From contig CAWCAG010000005.1 of NCBI GenBank assembly GCA_963793425.1, positions 320,001-384,000 of the forward strand: a stretch of DNA of 64,000 bases, read 5' to 3'. Both the position numbers and the translations under genes were made by a program. Below, piece after piece: positions 30,997 to 42,544 of this stretch (position 1 is its first letter; each line of letters begins with the position of its first letter). The notes under the pieces are model-generated. The model was not told the origin of the DNA. It saw only the letters and a list, made by a program, of their open reading frames with translations, and searched no databases. This DNA is from an uncultured cyanobacterium (lineage in GTDB: Bacteria; Cyanobacteriota; Cyanobacteriia; Cyanobacteriales; CAWCAG01).

Positions 30997-32757
30997 ATGT
31001 TTAATGAATTAACCACAGATATATTAGTAGTAGGAGGAGGTACAGGGGGAACTGCAGCCGCTATTCAAGCAGCCCGTTGTGGAATTAAAACTGTTTTAGT
31101 TAGTGAGTTTTCTTGGTTGGGAGGAATGCTAACTTCTGCTGGAGTTTGCGCCCCTGATGGTAATGAGTTACTACCTTGGCAAACTGGTTTGTGGGGGGCA
31201 TTTTTAAGAGAATTAAAAGTTAGGCAAAAAGGAGGATTAGCGAATAGCTGGGTAAGTATGTTTAGCTATCATCCTCAAGTGGGGGCGAAAATTTTTGCTG
31301 ATTGGGTAGAAGCATTACCTAATTTACACTGGATTAAAGGGCAGATTCCTTTAGAAGTATTGTGTAAAGAAAACCGTGTTACTGGGATTCGCTTTGCTGA
31401 TTTCCTTATTAAAGCCCAAATAACCCTAGATGGCACAGAATTAGGGGAGCTTCTGGCTTTAGCAAATGTACCATCACGTTGGGGTTGGGAACTACAAAAC
31501 GAATTCAACGAACCAAGCGCCCCTACTTCTGAAAATGAATTAACCAAACGCTATCCTGTTCAATCTCCAACTTGGGTAGTTATGTTACAAGATTATGGGC
31601 AATGTAAGGAAGCACCAGAAATTGAAGCTGAGGAAAAAAACGCTTTTGAGGGGGCTTGGCAAGGCTATGGAGAAGAAAAATTTCTTAACTATGGTCGCTT
31701 ACCTGGTGATCTTTTTATGCTTAACTGGCCTCAATGTGGCAATGACTATGGGGAGAATTTACAACGCCTTATAAAATCAGAGGCAGCGAAAAAAGAATTT
31801 CATCAAGAAGCTATTAACCATAGTCTCAGTTTTGCCCGCTATATCCAAACTCATTTTGGCAAGCGTTACGGTTTAGCCAACGGTATTTTCCCTCACTCCC
31901 TTGGTAATGGTGCTTTGGCACTCCATCCCTATTACCGAGAAAGTCGGCGCTTACTAGGGCTAGAAATCGTCACAGAAAGGGATATTTTACCCATTGAAGG
32001 AGGTTGTGTTGCCCCTTTATCCAAAACCGATAAAGGTAAAGTTAGTTCCATCGCTGTCGGCAACTATGCCAACGATCATCACTATCCTGGTAGAGATTTT
32101 TCCCTTCAACCAAAATCCTTAATCTGGGGGGGAAGATGGACTGGCACACCTTTCACAATCCCTTACCATGCCCTCATACCTGCTTCTACAGAAGGTTTAT
32201 TGGTGTGTGAAAAGAATATCTCCGTTTCTCATATTGCCAACGGTTGTACTCGCTTACAACCTCTAGTTATGAATATAGGACAAGCCGCAGGTATGGCAGC
32301 AGCTTTATGTCTCAAATCAAAATGTCAACCTTGGCAGTTATCTATCAGCAAATTGCAAGAAGCCTTATTAACTGATACCATCGCCCCAGCCGCTATTATT
32401 CCTCTGTTTAACCTATCCCCAAAACACCCAGAATGGTTACAATGGCAGTGTCACTACTTAGAACATCCCGAAACTTATCCTCAAGATGGTAACTGTCCTC
32501 GTGGAGAAAGCAAAACTATATTTAACTCAGACAGAGAAATAGTTTCCGGAATTTTCCAGAAACAAAATCAAGGAGAGTATAGTCTAGAATTTAACAAGCA
32601 TCAGGTGATACTCAAGCAAAAGTTAAGGATAGTTACCCTACATCCAGAAGTTCACCAACAACTATCAAACTATCCTCACCATAAATCTATTTCTCTTTCA
32701 GGGCAGTACAACCCCAGTGGCAACTGGTTCGCAGCCGAGCAACTAATTTTAGATTAG
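30997..32757 (+). CDS. FAD-dependent oxidoreductase
   Basis: 'VVGGGTGG', '[10 protein letters not shown]', 'PYYRESRR', 'GQAAG'; typical neighbour of patX/hetR. Confidence 0.9.
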   Translation: MFNELTTDILVVGGGTGGTAAAIQAARCGIKTVLVSEFSWLGGMLTSAGVCAPDGNELLPWQTGLWGAFLRELKVRQKGGLANSWVSMFSYHPQVGAKIFADWVEALPNLHWIKGQIPLEVLCKENRVTGIRFADFLIKAQITLDGTELGELLALANVPSRWGWELQNEFNEPSAPTSENELTKRYPVQSPTWVVMLQDYGQCKEAPEIEAEEKNAFEGAWQGYGEEKFLNYGRLPGDLFMLNWPQCGNDYGENLQRLIKSEAAKKEFHQEAINHSLSFARYIQTHFGKRYGLANGIFPHSLGNGALALHPYYRESRRLLGLEIVTERDILPIEGGCVAPLSKTDKGKVSSIAVGNYANDHHYPGRDFSLQPKSLIWGGRWTGTPFTIPYHALIPASTEGLLVCEKNISVSHIANGCTRLQPLVMNIGQAAGMAAALCLKSKCQPWQLSISKLQEALLTDTIAPAAIIPLFNLSPKHPEWLQWQCHYLEHPETYPQDGNCPRGESKTIFNSDREIVSGIFQKQNQGEYSLEFNKHQVILKQKLRIVTLHPEVHQQLSNYPHHKSISLSGQYNPSGNWFAAEQLILD

Positions 32758-32839
32758 GGGGTAAATCTACTCAACAGTTGGGTTTTCCGCATTAGAAATA
32801 TCTAATTAGCCCTACCTATTTTGCTCTGACAAAAGCTTA

Positions 32840-32867
32840 TCCGGACATAAGAGATTGCCTCCGTATC
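32840..32867 (+). promoter_or_regulatory. DIF1-like promoter motif (TCCGGA-N17-GTA) upstream of patX
   Basis: TCCGGA at 32840-32845, ~60 nt before the ATG. Confidence 0.6.
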
Positions 32868-32900
32868 AGGAATATAGAAACCCTGATATGGAGCTATGTC

Positions 32901-33116
32901 ATGAAAAGAATTATTGCGGTTGTGTTGTTGAGTATACTATCTCTTCCCCTATCTTTCCAGTTAGGAGCAATTGAAAGTGACTCTGCGATGCCTACGGCGA
33001 GCTTTGCCCACGCTAATATCACTGAAGTTCAATCTTCTCACTTCAATTTAGAAGGTGCTACTATCCTAGCTGAAAGAGGAAGCGGTCGTTTTGATACCGG
33101 CCCTTTTCAAGGCTAA
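32901..33116 (+). CDS. patX: PatX (secreted RGSGR peptide precursor)
   Basis: Signal-peptide-like N-terminus, 'ERGSGR' near the C-terminus, directly upstream of hetR. Confidence 0.9.
   Translation: MKRIIAVVLLSILSLPLSFQLGAIESDSAMPTASFAHANITEVQSSHFNLEGATILAERGSGRFDTGPFQG
32990..33010 (+). repeat. 21-nt SDR5-like element inserted in a HIP1 site within patX
   Basis: GCGAT[GCCTACGGCGAGCTTTGCCCA]CGC; 19/21 identical to the copy at 14879-14899. Confidence 0.88.
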
Positions 33117-33163
33117 ATTGCTTGGGAAGAAATTATTTTCCCAGCAATAATCTTATATCAAGT

Positions 33164-33196
33164 CTCTGCCCAAAACGGCAGAGCTTTTTCTTTTCT
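33164..33196 (+). terminator. Rho-independent terminator after patX
   Basis: ctctgcc/ggcagag stem followed by a T-rich tract. Confidence 0.65.
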
Positions 33197-33351
33197 TGAA
33201 GAATTTCCCAAATCAAGGGATTATGAAATATAATGGTATATATTTTTTCATCGGGGTGCTTGGAGTTATGGGAGTTGGTTCAAGCATCTTGGATCAACCA
33301 TTGGTAAAGCAAAGCAATTTACTACTACACTAGTTGTCCCGCCGAAAGTAA

Positions 33352-34263
<912 letters not shown>

Positions 34264-34264
34264 A

Positions 34265-34307
34265 TCATTGATCATTGACCATTGACCATTGACCATTAAT
34301 CATTGAC
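34265..34307. repeat. Heptamer tandem repeat (CATTGAC)
   Basis: Directly visible array. Confidence 0.75.
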
Positions 34308-34376
34308 CGAAAAATTTTGGTTTCAATCCTTTTGCTTCAGCTAGAGGTACTGATAACTGTTTACTGAAATGAACAG

Positions 34377-35030
34377 TTAGGGTAATTCTTCTTGTAACAT
34401 TTTCTGATAAATCCCTGGTAAATGGCGGCTCATGGAATTAGTTTCAATGCCGTATCCTAAACTTGTCCAAGTTCCAGAGAGCAGACGCAAAACTTGTTCT
34501 ATCTTGCCCTGACGTAACAATTGAGCGATATCGACTCCCCAAGCCTGGGGATCGCTCAACCAATCGTGGACAACCTGATCTTGATACATAGGTTCAAAAC
34601 TGTAAGTTTGTCCCCACAACAAACCATTGGTCTTAGAATTGTAGCGTTCTGCTTGTTTTCGCCAAGTAGTGTTGAGAAATTGATATCTCCCTGCTGCGGT
34701 GGAACAGTTGCCTCTATTGGGCCCTACTCGAATGGTGATACAAGTATCAGGGTGTTTGCTTAAATCCTTCGCACGACTACCACCATAAATAAGGGAGTAA
34801 GGACGAGGATCATTAGCTTCGCTGGCTGTAATTGTACGCATTAAAGCACGAATATAAGGATCTCCGCCTTTCATCACTAAAGGCTGAGTACCATAAAATC
34901 CTCTTGGTAAGGTGGGATCAGTCTGCTGTTGGCGGAGAAACTGTTCGACATTGGCTAACAAGAAAATTAGTGCAATTACCACAGCAACATTAACAAAAAT
35001 ACTTCTTTTTTGGGTATTTTCTTGGCTCAT
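34377..35030 (-). CDS. Membrane-anchored lambda-lysozyme-like muramidase (GH24/GH104-like)
   Basis: 'RALMRTITASEA', 'STAAGRYQFL..TW', 'WTSL'. Confidence 0.85.
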   Translation of the reverse strand: MSQENTQKRSIFVNVAVVIALIFLLANVEQFLRQQQTDPTLPRGFYGTQPLVMKGGDPYIRALMRTITASEANDPRPYSLIYGGSRAKDLSKHPDTCITIRVGPNRGNCSTAAGRYQFLNTTWRKQAERYNSKTNGLLWGQTYSFEPMYQDQVVHDWLSDPQAWGVDIAQLLRQGKIEQVLRLLSGTWTSLGYGIETNSMSRHLPGIYQKMLQEELP

Positions 35031-35057
35031 TGGTGACTAATAAAATTTTCAGTCTAA

Positions 35058-35714
35058 TTAAACCGTAGCAAATAACTCTCCTAAATCACGTTGTGGCGCT
35101 TCTGCTTTCGCAACAATTTCCACAATTTTATTTTTAGCTTCCGGCTGGAAAAGCGCTTCTACACAAACTTCAGCTACTTTAGTCCGGGGAATACTGCCAT
35201 CAAAGAGAGTATCTGCTGATGACATAACAATAGAGTCTGAGTTATCTTCGTTCTTTAAGCCACCAGGTCGGACGATAGTATAGGTTAAGCCACTTTTGGC
35301 AATATATTCCTCAGCTTGTTTTTTCCAAACTAAAATTAACCAAAATAGGTTAAGGGGATGAAGGAATTTAGATACACATAGAGATGATACTAAGACAAAA
35401 TGCTCAATGTCCTTATCTTGAGAAGTTGTGACAAGGTTTTTTGTTCCTTGATAATCTACTTGATAAGGACCGGTAGGATTGAAGCTAGGAGCCGCACCAG
35501 TAGCACAAATTACTACTGTACTATCACCCATGGCTTCTGCAAGACTTTCTAGCTTCAGCACGTCTCCTACAACCAATTCTACTGCTGCGGGAAGTAGCTC
35601 TTGACCTTTTTCTAAATTTCTCACCAAAGCCCGGACAGGAATATTGCGCTCAATTAACTCTTGAACAATACGTCTTCCGGTTTGTCCTGTAGCCCCGGCT
35701 ACAAATACTTTCAT
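35058..35714 (-). CDS. NAD(P)H-binding atypical SDR
   Basis: 'VAGATGQTG', 'TIVRPGGL'. Confidence 0.9.
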   Translation of the reverse strand: MKVFVAGATGQTGRRIVQELIERNIPVRALVRNLEKGQELLPAAVELVVGDVLKLESLAEAMGDSTVVICATGAAPSFNPTGPYQVDYQGTKNLVTTSQDKDIEHFVLVSSLCVSKFLHPLNLFWLILVWKKQAEEYIAKSGLTYTIVRPGGLKNEDNSDSIVMSSADTLFDGSIPRTKVAEVCVEALFQPEAKNKIVEIVAKAEAPQRDLGELFATV

Positions 35715-36097
35715 AATAATCTCCTTGAATAGGTTTAGATAAACAACAAAATTTGCTTTTGTGACCGTAAAATCTTATTTATTTATTGTAGATAAGGATT
35801 TGTCAGTTTCCCGCTCTTGATGATTCGGCTTTCTACCCCAGACCAATAAAATCTTCAAAGCTGGTATTTAGTACTTACGTTTAGATAATTAAGGAAATTT
35901 TCAGGGAATAATTGAATTATGTTGAGTAACTTAAGGTATGGGCATAAACATTAATCTCTAAGCTAAGCTGGAAAGAGTTAAACTCTCAGCCTCTTACTTT
36001 TGTGCTAAATTAGCTGCTCTTTTCTACCAACGACAAACAATCAAAGGCGTTTTATGCCGTTACCAGTTGTTAATAACGATAGGATGGATTTTCTGAA

Positions 36098-36808
36098 TTG
36101 CTTTCTAATACTAAATTTCCAATCTTAAAAAACAATTCTCAACTTCAAGAGCAGCAAGAAACAGTTGAAAAAGAACCAATTAACTTTTCTAGTTATTTTC
36201 AAGGTTCTATGGAAATGTATAGTGATCCTCAAACTGTTGCTTCTTATCTAGATGCTCATGAAGACTGGTTTAGCCATTGCGCTCAACCAATGACAGTAGA
36301 GCCTTTAGGAGAAAATAGTTATATTTTGATTGTCGGACGTTTTGGTTCTTTTGGCTATGAGGTGGAACCAAAAATTGCTGTGGAGTTACTTCCTCCAGAA
36401 AAAGGGATTTATCAGATGAAGAGAGTCCCTGTGCCGGACTATAGTTGTCCAGAATATGACGTAGACTATAATGCAGCGATGCAACTCCAAGCAATTGATA
36501 GCAAAGATGTAGAAGAAGATTTCTCCTCGGTAGACTCAAGTGAAAATTTCCAACTACCCAAAATAGTCACTCGCATCAACTGGAATCTTAGTTTAGGAGT
36601 TGCTATTAAGTTTCCTCAGTTTATCTACAAGTTACCCCAATCTCTAATTCAAAAAACAGGGGATCGCGTTTTAACCGAAATTGTTCGCCAGGTATCCCGC
36701 CGCTTAACTTACAAAGTACAACAAGATTTCCATTCTCGCTTCAAGCTACCAATGCCAGGAAATCAATCCAGGAAGCTAGAGCAACAATTGTTTAATGAGC
36801 AAAAATAA
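36098..36808 (+). CDS. DUF1997-family protein
   Basis: 'YLDAHEDWFSHCAQPM', 'GRFGSFGYEVEPKI', 'LIQKTGDRVL'. Confidence 0.75.
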   Translation: MLSNTKFPILKNNSQLQEQQETVEKEPINFSSYFQGSMEMYSDPQTVASYLDAHEDWFSHCAQPMTVEPLGENSYILIVGRFGSFGYEVEPKIAVELLPPEKGIYQMKRVPVPDYSCPEYDVDYNAAMQLQAIDSKDVEEDFSSVDSSENFQLPKIVTRINWNLSLGVAIKFPQFIYKLPQSLIQKTGDRVLTEIVRQVSRRLTYKVQQDFHSRFKLPMPGNQSRKLEQQLFNEQK

Positions 36809-36859
36809 ATTGGGGGCGGGCAAAGTTAGCCCGCCCAGAGGATAAGTAAATAGTTTTAT

Positions 36860-37330
36860 TTACATCTTACTGATAATCTTTTGGACAATTTGCATTCCTG
36901 TTACGGCTTGCCAACCAAATAATCCTAACAGGGTAACATTAATAGCAATATGGCTGCTTCTGGCTATAGTATTTCCTTTTTGCATTAAAGGCACTAAAGA
37001 TGCTGCCACAGCCATTAAGCCCGTCATGGTTAAACCCACAAGTAAATGTGGTCCGACGAAAAGCTTACCGTTATTAATATAGGTGATTGCCATACCACCA
37101 AGATTACCTAAAACCAGAAAAGCTAAAAGGGCTGAGCCAATTAAATGATGTTTGTCTCGGAAATTCTTTTTAACTAATTCTTTTCTCTCCTCTTTATCCG
37201 CATTGCGAGTACGGATGATCTGAATACCAAGATACAAAGCATAAATTGTCGCTCCAAAGATCGTCCACATTAATACCGGATGAAAAAACTGTGACCAAAA
37301 TTTGAGGGTTTCTATTGTCTCTGGACTCAT
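36860..37330 (-). CDS. DUF4079-family membrane protein
   Basis: 'HPVLMW', 'HHLIG', 'NNGKLFVGPHL', conserved His residues in TM helices. Confidence 0.8.
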   Translation of the reverse strand: MSPETIETLKFWSQFFHPVLMWTIFGATIYALYLGIQIIRTRNADKEERKELVKKNFRDKHHLIGSALLAFLVLGNLGGMAITYINNGKLFVGPHLLVGLTMTGLMAVAASLVPLMQKGNTIARSSHIAINVTLLGLFGWQAVTGMQIVQKIISKM

Positions 37331-37536
37331 TATGTTCTCCTTATCTCCCTAGAAAGTTTATGAAAATTAACTTAACACAACTAAATATATATCTGAAGAG
37401 AGTGGGGAGTAAGCGAGTAGGTAGCAGGGAAAAGAAAAGCTGATTACTTAAGTTTAAACAATTCCTAACTGGTAAGAAATAAAGGAGGCTTTTCCCCTAG
37501 TCTGAAAACAGAAAGATTTTTGTTGGTGGGTAAATT

Positions 37537-38991
37537 GTGATTTCTAAACAGGATTCTTCCTTAATTCTCGCTGCCCGTGGGGGCAATCTTAAGGAAGTAA
37601 AAATATTACTAAATCATAATGTTGATGTTGATGAGGAAGATAGAGACGGGACAACAGCTTTAATGTTCGCTTCCGGGCAAGGCTATACAGAAATAGTTTT
37701 GTTATTAATTCAAGAGGGGGCCAAAGTTAATCAACCTCGAAGACGCTATGGCTTAACAGCCTTGATGTTGGCAGCAGCAGCTAACCAGAAGGATGTGGTA
37801 GAGGTTTTACTGGGGGCTGGTGCAGAAGTTAACCAGGTTAATGATGATGGTACTCCTGCTTTGATGGTAGCGGCATACAAAGGTAATTTGGCTATTGTTC
37901 AAAAGCTATTGGCAGCAGGGGCAGAGGTTAATGTTAAAGATAAAGATGGAGATACTGCCCTTAATTTAGCTATTGTTCAAGGGAATGTCGGTATTGTCCA
38001 GGCTTTGTTAGCGAAAGGGGCTGAGCCTCAATTGGGGGGTAATGCTTTGAGTTTAGCAGTGGCAAGAGGTCACTTGGAGGTAGTTGAGGCTTTGTTGGAG
38101 TTCGGTATAGAAGCTACTCCTGGGGATCTACAAAAAGCTATTAGTATTAGTAACTCATCTTTAGCCCAACTACTAATTAATCACTGTGACGAGGTTAATT
38201 TTGTTAACGACGAAGGGGAAACTTTGTTGATGACAGCAGCTAACCAAGGTAGGGTGGCTGTAGTGCAGAATTTACTCCAATTTGGGGCAGAAGTCAACAC
38301 GAGAACTCCTGAAGGGGAGACGGCTTTAATGGCAGGGGCAGCAGCAGGGGCAGCAGAGGCGATCGCAGCTTTATTAGCAGCAGGGGCAGAAGTTAATTGT
38401 CAAGATGATGACGGCGAAACAGCCCTACATTTTGGGGCAGTAGAAGGTTATCAAGCAGTATTAGCTACTCTAATTAAAGCTGGTGCAAATGTCAGTTTGA
38501 GAAATAATTTAGGAGATACAGCTTTAATGTTAGCTGCCTTACAAGGACATTCTCCGGCTGTAGAAACTTTAATAGCAGGGGGGGCAGATATTAATGGCAG
38601 TAACCAAAAAGAAACGCCTTTATCTTTAGCCGTATCTCAAGGCTGTACAAAGGTAGTAGATATCTTACTTAAAGCGGGGGTTGATGCTAATACCCGAATG
38701 CCAGATGGTAAAACAGTTTTGATGTTTGCCGCAGATCAAGGAGATATAGCAACAATGGAAAAGTTGCTTCAAGCTGATGCAAAGATAAATTTACGGGACA
38801 CAGCAGGGGCTACGGCTTTAATGTGGGCAGCCCATCGCGGTAATATTCAAGCTGTTGAGATGTTGCTGAAGGTAGAAACAATAGAATTAAACTGTGAAAA
38901 CCAGGGTGGCTATACCGCAACTATGCTTGCTCAGTTTAATGGTTATGAGGATGTGGTAGAGTTACTGAAAAAAGCTGGAACAAAGGAATAG
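37537..38991 (+). CDS. Ankyrin-repeat protein
   Basis: Many G-x-TALM-x-A...GA-x-VN repeats. Confidence 0.95.
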   Translation: MISKQDSSLILAARGGNLKEVKILLNHNVDVDEEDRDGTTALMFASGQGYTEIVLLLIQEGAKVNQPRRRYGLTALMLAAAANQKDVVEVLLGAGAEVNQVNDDGTPALMVAAYKGNLAIVQKLLAAGAEVNVKDKDGDTALNLAIVQGNVGIVQALLAKGAEPQLGGNALSLAVARGHLEVVEALLEFGIEATPGDLQKAISISNSSLAQLLINHCDEVNFVNDEGETLLMTAANQGRVAVVQNLLQFGAEVNTRTPEGETALMAGAAAGAAEAIAALLAAGAEVNCQDDDGETALHFGAVEGYQAVLATLIKAGANVSLRNNLGDTALMLAALQGHSPAVETLIAGGADINGSNQKETPLSLAVSQGCTKVVDILLKAGVDANTRMPDGKTVLMFAADQGDIATMEKLLQADAKINLRDTAGATALMWAAHRGNIQAVEMLLKVETIELNCENQGGYTATMLAQFNGYEDVVELLKKAGTKE

Positions 38992-39114
38992 TATAGTTGT
39001 TCTAAATAAGAATGAGACACTTTAAGCTGCATTAGAAACCTGTATTAATTGATTCGCGTGTCAGTGTGAGAGATAAGCTTCATGCCCATCTCTTTTTTTA
39101 AGGCAATTTTTAGT

Positions 39115-39133
39115 ATAATGATTATCATTATCA
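39115..39133. promoter_or_regulatory. Zur/Fur-type operator
   Basis: ATAATGAT-T-ATCATTAT perfect 8-1-8 inverted repeat just upstream of the ATG at 39146. Confidence 0.75.
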
Positions 39134-39145
39134 GAAAACCTGCTT

Positions 39146-39898
39146 ATGATTATTGCTGTCGCCAGTCCCCCAGGTGAGGGTAAAACCCACTGGATTCATC
39201 AACAAATAGCCCAAGTCAATGAACCTGTAGGCTATTTCAGCCCTCAAACCGATTCGCTACCCATCGATGTAGTATATTTGCAAAGTGAATATCCCCAACT
39301 CAAGCTTTATCAGACAGGGGAAGAGGCAGCATTAAATAACACCATCACTTATGTTGAAATTCCTTGGTATCTAGATTTAGCGGGAATTGAACCTTTACTG
39401 CAAACTTTTAACTCCCATCGAGTAGCCATAATTCCAGAAGATAACGATAGTACAGAATTAGAGACTTGGGCGGATGAAGTTATTCCAGGAAATAACATCA
39501 CTAAGCCAACTATAGCTTTGCAGATTCATCGGGGGGTTTTGACCGGGGAAATTTTAGATTTCGACAGTCTGGCTACTTTTTGGTTGGAACTTACCCAAGG
39601 TGCTTACGGTGAGGTAGTTCGGGCCAAGGGAATTTTCGATTTAGTGGACGGACAAATTTATTATGGTGACTTTAGATCGGGGAAATCGGAATTAGCATTT
39701 AAACCCTTAAATTTACCCCGTTGGTTAAATGGTAAACCAGATCGCAAGAGTGGTTTTGAAATAGTGGGTAGTAACTTAGATAAGGCTGAAATTGCCCAAA
39801 CCATCCGAGATTGCTGTGTTCCCGAATCGGCAATTAATTATTACCAACAACAAGTAAAAGAGTCTTTAGAAAGTGAACCAGAGGTAGAATTGGTATGA
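39146..39898 (+). CDS. CobW C-terminal-domain / COG0523-related protein
   Basis: Degenerate P-loop 'PPGEGKT' and CobW_C-type 'YGEVVRAKGIF'. Confidence 0.75.
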   Translation: MIIAVASPPGEGKTHWIHQQIAQVNEPVGYFSPQTDSLPIDVVYLQSEYPQLKLYQTGEEAALNNTITYVEIPWYLDLAGIEPLLQTFNSHRVAIIPEDNDSTELETWADEVIPGNNITKPTIALQIHRGVLTGEILDFDSLATFWLELTQGAYGEVVRAKGIFDLVDGQIYYGDFRSGKSELAFKPLNLPRWLNGKPDRKSGFEIVGSNLDKAEIAQTIRDCCVPESAINYYQQQVKESLESEPEVELV

Positions 39899-40710
39899 AA
39901 ATAGCAGTAATGTCTTGTATACATGGTAATTACGCAGCTTTAGATGCTGTTTTACTAGATATTGACCAACAAAAAGCTGAAAAGATTTATTGTCTGGGGG
40001 ATTTAGTGGGTTATGGTCCTTATCCCAATGCGGTAGTCGAACAAATTCGTTCTTTAGATATCCCCACTGTACAGGGTTGTTGGGATGAAGATGTTGTCGA
40101 AGGACTAAATGCCTGTGAATGTAGTTATCCTTCCCTGTTAGCGGAAAAAAGAGGTAAGATCGCCCACGAATGGACAAATAAGCAGGTCAATCCCGAAGTT
40201 AGGGAATATTTGGCACAACTACCCCATACCTATAAAGAAGATAATCTCTGTTTTGCACATGGTAGTCCGAGTAGCAACCACGAATATTTATTACCCGAAA
40301 TGGATGCTTTTACTGCTTTAGAAAGAGTCCTCTCCAGTGATGCAGATATATTATTTTGCGGACATACCCACGTTCCCTATGTTCGTACCCTAGATTCTGG
40401 ACAATTACAGGTAAGCGTTCATCAACCTAACCAAAACGAACAACCTACTGTTAGTTTTAATACTCCCCTGAAGCGAATTATCAATGTGGGTTCGGTAGGC
40501 GAACCCCGTCATGGTCGTCCTAATGCTACCTATGTGATATATGATACGGAGACAGAAGCAGTAAACTTGCGAGAAGTAGAGTATGACTATCAAGCAACCT
40601 GCGCTGCGATATTAGATGCTGGTTTACCGTCGATTTTCGCTTGGCGTTTGGCTAGGGGTTTGGAATTTGCTGAAAAAGCGGACGATCCGACTCATGTTTG
40701 TGAGAGGTAA
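39895..40710 (+). CDS. Metallophosphoesterase
   Basis: 'SCIHGN', 'LGDLVGYG', 'HGSP', 'GHTH', 'NVGSVG'. Confidence 0.92.
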   Translation: MKIAVMSCIHGNYAALDAVLLDIDQQKAEKIYCLGDLVGYGPYPNAVVEQIRSLDIPTVQGCWDEDVVEGLNACECSYPSLLAEKRGKIAHEWTNKQVNPEVREYLAQLPHTYKEDNLCFAHGSPSSNHEYLLPEMDAFTALERVLSSDADILFCGHTHVPYVRTLDSGQLQVSVHQPNQNEQPTVSFNTPLKRIINVGSVGEPRHGRPNATYVIYDTETEAVNLREVEYDYQATCAAILDAGLPSIFAWRLARGLEFAEKADDPTHVCER

Positions 40711-40811
40711 ATAGTTGTGTTTTTGTATCTGGCGATCGCTATTAAGTTTTAGTTTGAGTGATTTTAATAGGAACACTAGCAATAGTTAGTCCAATATTGC
40801 TTTTTTGTTAG

Positions 40812-41675
40812 ATGGTAGACCAAAATAATCAACTATTGTTTGTTCAATTTCTACATCCTGGTAGCGAACATACTCCCGATAGCAACAACCAGAATCATAT
40901 TAGCTGGAATCAAAATGGTCATAAACGCAAGTTTATGAAAAACCCCGGAATATATTTAAAAAACAATCGCAAAATAACTTCCTATCTAGTTTTTTGGGGA
41001 GAATGGGAACCTCAATCAGATGTCGTTCAAAAATTGAAAGCAAAGAAAAAAGGAGAGCCACAATATCTTTACCAACCATACTTTTCTCTTCCACAACATA
41101 GTCGGTTTTTACAAAATACAGATCCTTTTGTTTTTGGGGATAACTTTTACTATGTTTGTTGTCAGCAAGCGACCAAACGAGGTTTTACTCAGCTTAAATT
41201 TTTAGAATCTGGTTCGGTTATTTTATTTGGTTCTTGTTTGAATAAAAAATTTGTCTTAGATACAGTGTTTGTTATTGATCGCTATTATGAAATTGAATCT
41301 TTAACGCAAATATCTCAGTATGTGTCTGATACTTATGTTGATATAACTCTAAGACATATTTTAAACTATACGCCTCCAAGTCCTAGTAAGTGTAATACTA
41401 ATCAAAACTTTCGTCTATATGTAGGTGCAACTTTTGATAATCCTATAAACGGAATGTTCAGTTTCTTTCCTTGTTTACCTTATAGCGATGGAATTAACAA
41501 AGGTTTTTCTCGTCCAATAATTGAAATTTCCAGTGTAATTTCAGGTTTAAAAAATCAGGGTTATAAATTAACGCGAAATTGCAATTCAAAGCAACTTTGG
41601 CAAGAAACAAAAAGTCAAGTTGAACAAGCTGGCTTAGAAATAGGAATTCATTCGGAATTACCGCCCAAAAAATGA
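40812..41675 (+). CDS. Hypothetical protein (orphan, AT-rich)
   Basis: Intact 287-aa ORF; no family recognised. Confidence 0.7.
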   Translation: MVDQNNQLLFVQFLHPGSEHTPDSNNQNHISWNQNGHKRKFMKNPGIYLKNNRKITSYLVFWGEWEPQSDVVQKLKAKKKGEPQYLYQPYFSLPQHSRFLQNTDPFVFGDNFYYVCCQQATKRGFTQLKFLESGSVILFGSCLNKKFVLDTVFVIDRYYEIESLTQISQYVSDTYVDITLRHILNYTPPSPSKCNTNQNFRLYVGATFDNPINGMFSFFPCLPYSDGINKGFSRPIIEISSVISGLKNQGYKLTRNCNSKQLWQETKSQVEQAGLEIGIHSELPPKK

Positions 41676-41810
41676 ATAGTTTAAAATTTGTATGACTTTT
41701 TATATTTGTAAGAGGTAAATAAATTTGGTAATTCTAAATTAAAGTTAATACTCTAAACATAGACAATCGCTCCTAACCTAGAAACTACACAGGTGATCGC
41801 AAATCAATAA

Positions 41811-42140
41811 CTAATCTTCATCTCCAAGATCATCTTCAGTAAGTAAAGATTGAGAAGTATGACGAACAAAAAGAATAAATACAATATCTTCGCGAATTGT
41901 AAATAAAATTCTATATCTATTTCTCGATTTACCATAAAGCAGTTGTCGCACTTCTTCAGAAAACACCTCACTTTCTGTAGCTAAAGAACAACGTTGGGGT
42001 TTTTCTTGTAAAGAAGCAATCGCATTCATCAATCCTTTAAACCATTCATCTGCATAAGTAGGATTGCGTTTTTTCAGCCAGAGATAAACAGTTTCGATTT
42101 GTAATTCTGCTGCTTTAGTCGTTCTAACTTGAAATGTCAT
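41811..42140 (-). CDS. RelE/ParE-family toxin
   Basis: 'FQVRTTKAA', 'LQEKPQRC', 'RYRILFTI', 'VRH'; overlaps the antitoxin gene. Confidence 0.85.
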   Translation of the reverse strand: MTFQVRTTKAAELQIETVYLWLKKRNPTYADEWFKGLMNAIASLQEKPQRCSLATESEVFSEEVRQLLYGKSRNRYRILFTIREDIVFILFVRHTSQSLLTEDDLGDED

Positions 42141-42414
42141 GTTTGTACTGCATTTCTTGCATAAATTCAGCTAAAGGACGAGTTTCTCCTGATTCTACAT
42201 CTGTTAATCCTTGTTTAATACCTGCGATCGCTTCTAGCCTTTCAATTTTTTCTAAAAGCTGTTGATAAGATTTGGCATCTTGTACCACTACTTCAGCTTT
42301 GCCATTCACCGTTAAAACTATGGGTTCTCCCGTTTGTTTCATTTGGGCGATCACATTAGAGGTATTGCGTTTGAAGTTGGAAAGAGATTGAATATCTCTA
42401 CTAATATCGAGCAT
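42124..42414 (-). CDS. Phd/YefM-family antitoxin
   Basis: 'SLSNFKRN', 'PIVLTVNGKAEVVV'. Confidence 0.88.
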   Translation of the reverse strand: MLDISRDIQSLSNFKRNTSNVIAQMKQTGEPIVLTVNGKAEVVVQDAKSYQQLLEKIERLEAIAGIKQGLTDVESGETRPLAEFMQEMQYKHDISS

Positions 42415-42510
42415 AAAATTAAATCAGCACTAAATTTAATGTCAATTTAATCTTATTCTATCTGGCAATCGTGGCAAAAATATTACTAAACTCTTCTGTA
42501 ATTTATAGAT

Positions 42511-42527
42511 ATAATGATTATCATTCT
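42511..42527. promoter_or_regulatory. Zur/Fur-type operator
   Basis: ATAATGATTATCATTCT, 16/17 identical to the site at 39115. Confidence 0.7.
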
Positions 42528-42544
42528 TAAAAACACACAAATTA

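Noticed and set aside
34377..35030. Muramidase as a prophage or CIS lysis gene
   Set aside because: Membrane-anchored, in a housekeeping context, 21 kb from the CIS genes, with no holin or phage genes
40785..41810. Possible cassette around the 287-aa orphan (GTTAGTC and GTTAGAT upstream)
   Set aside because: No complementary inverse core or attC-like hairpin after the stop codon
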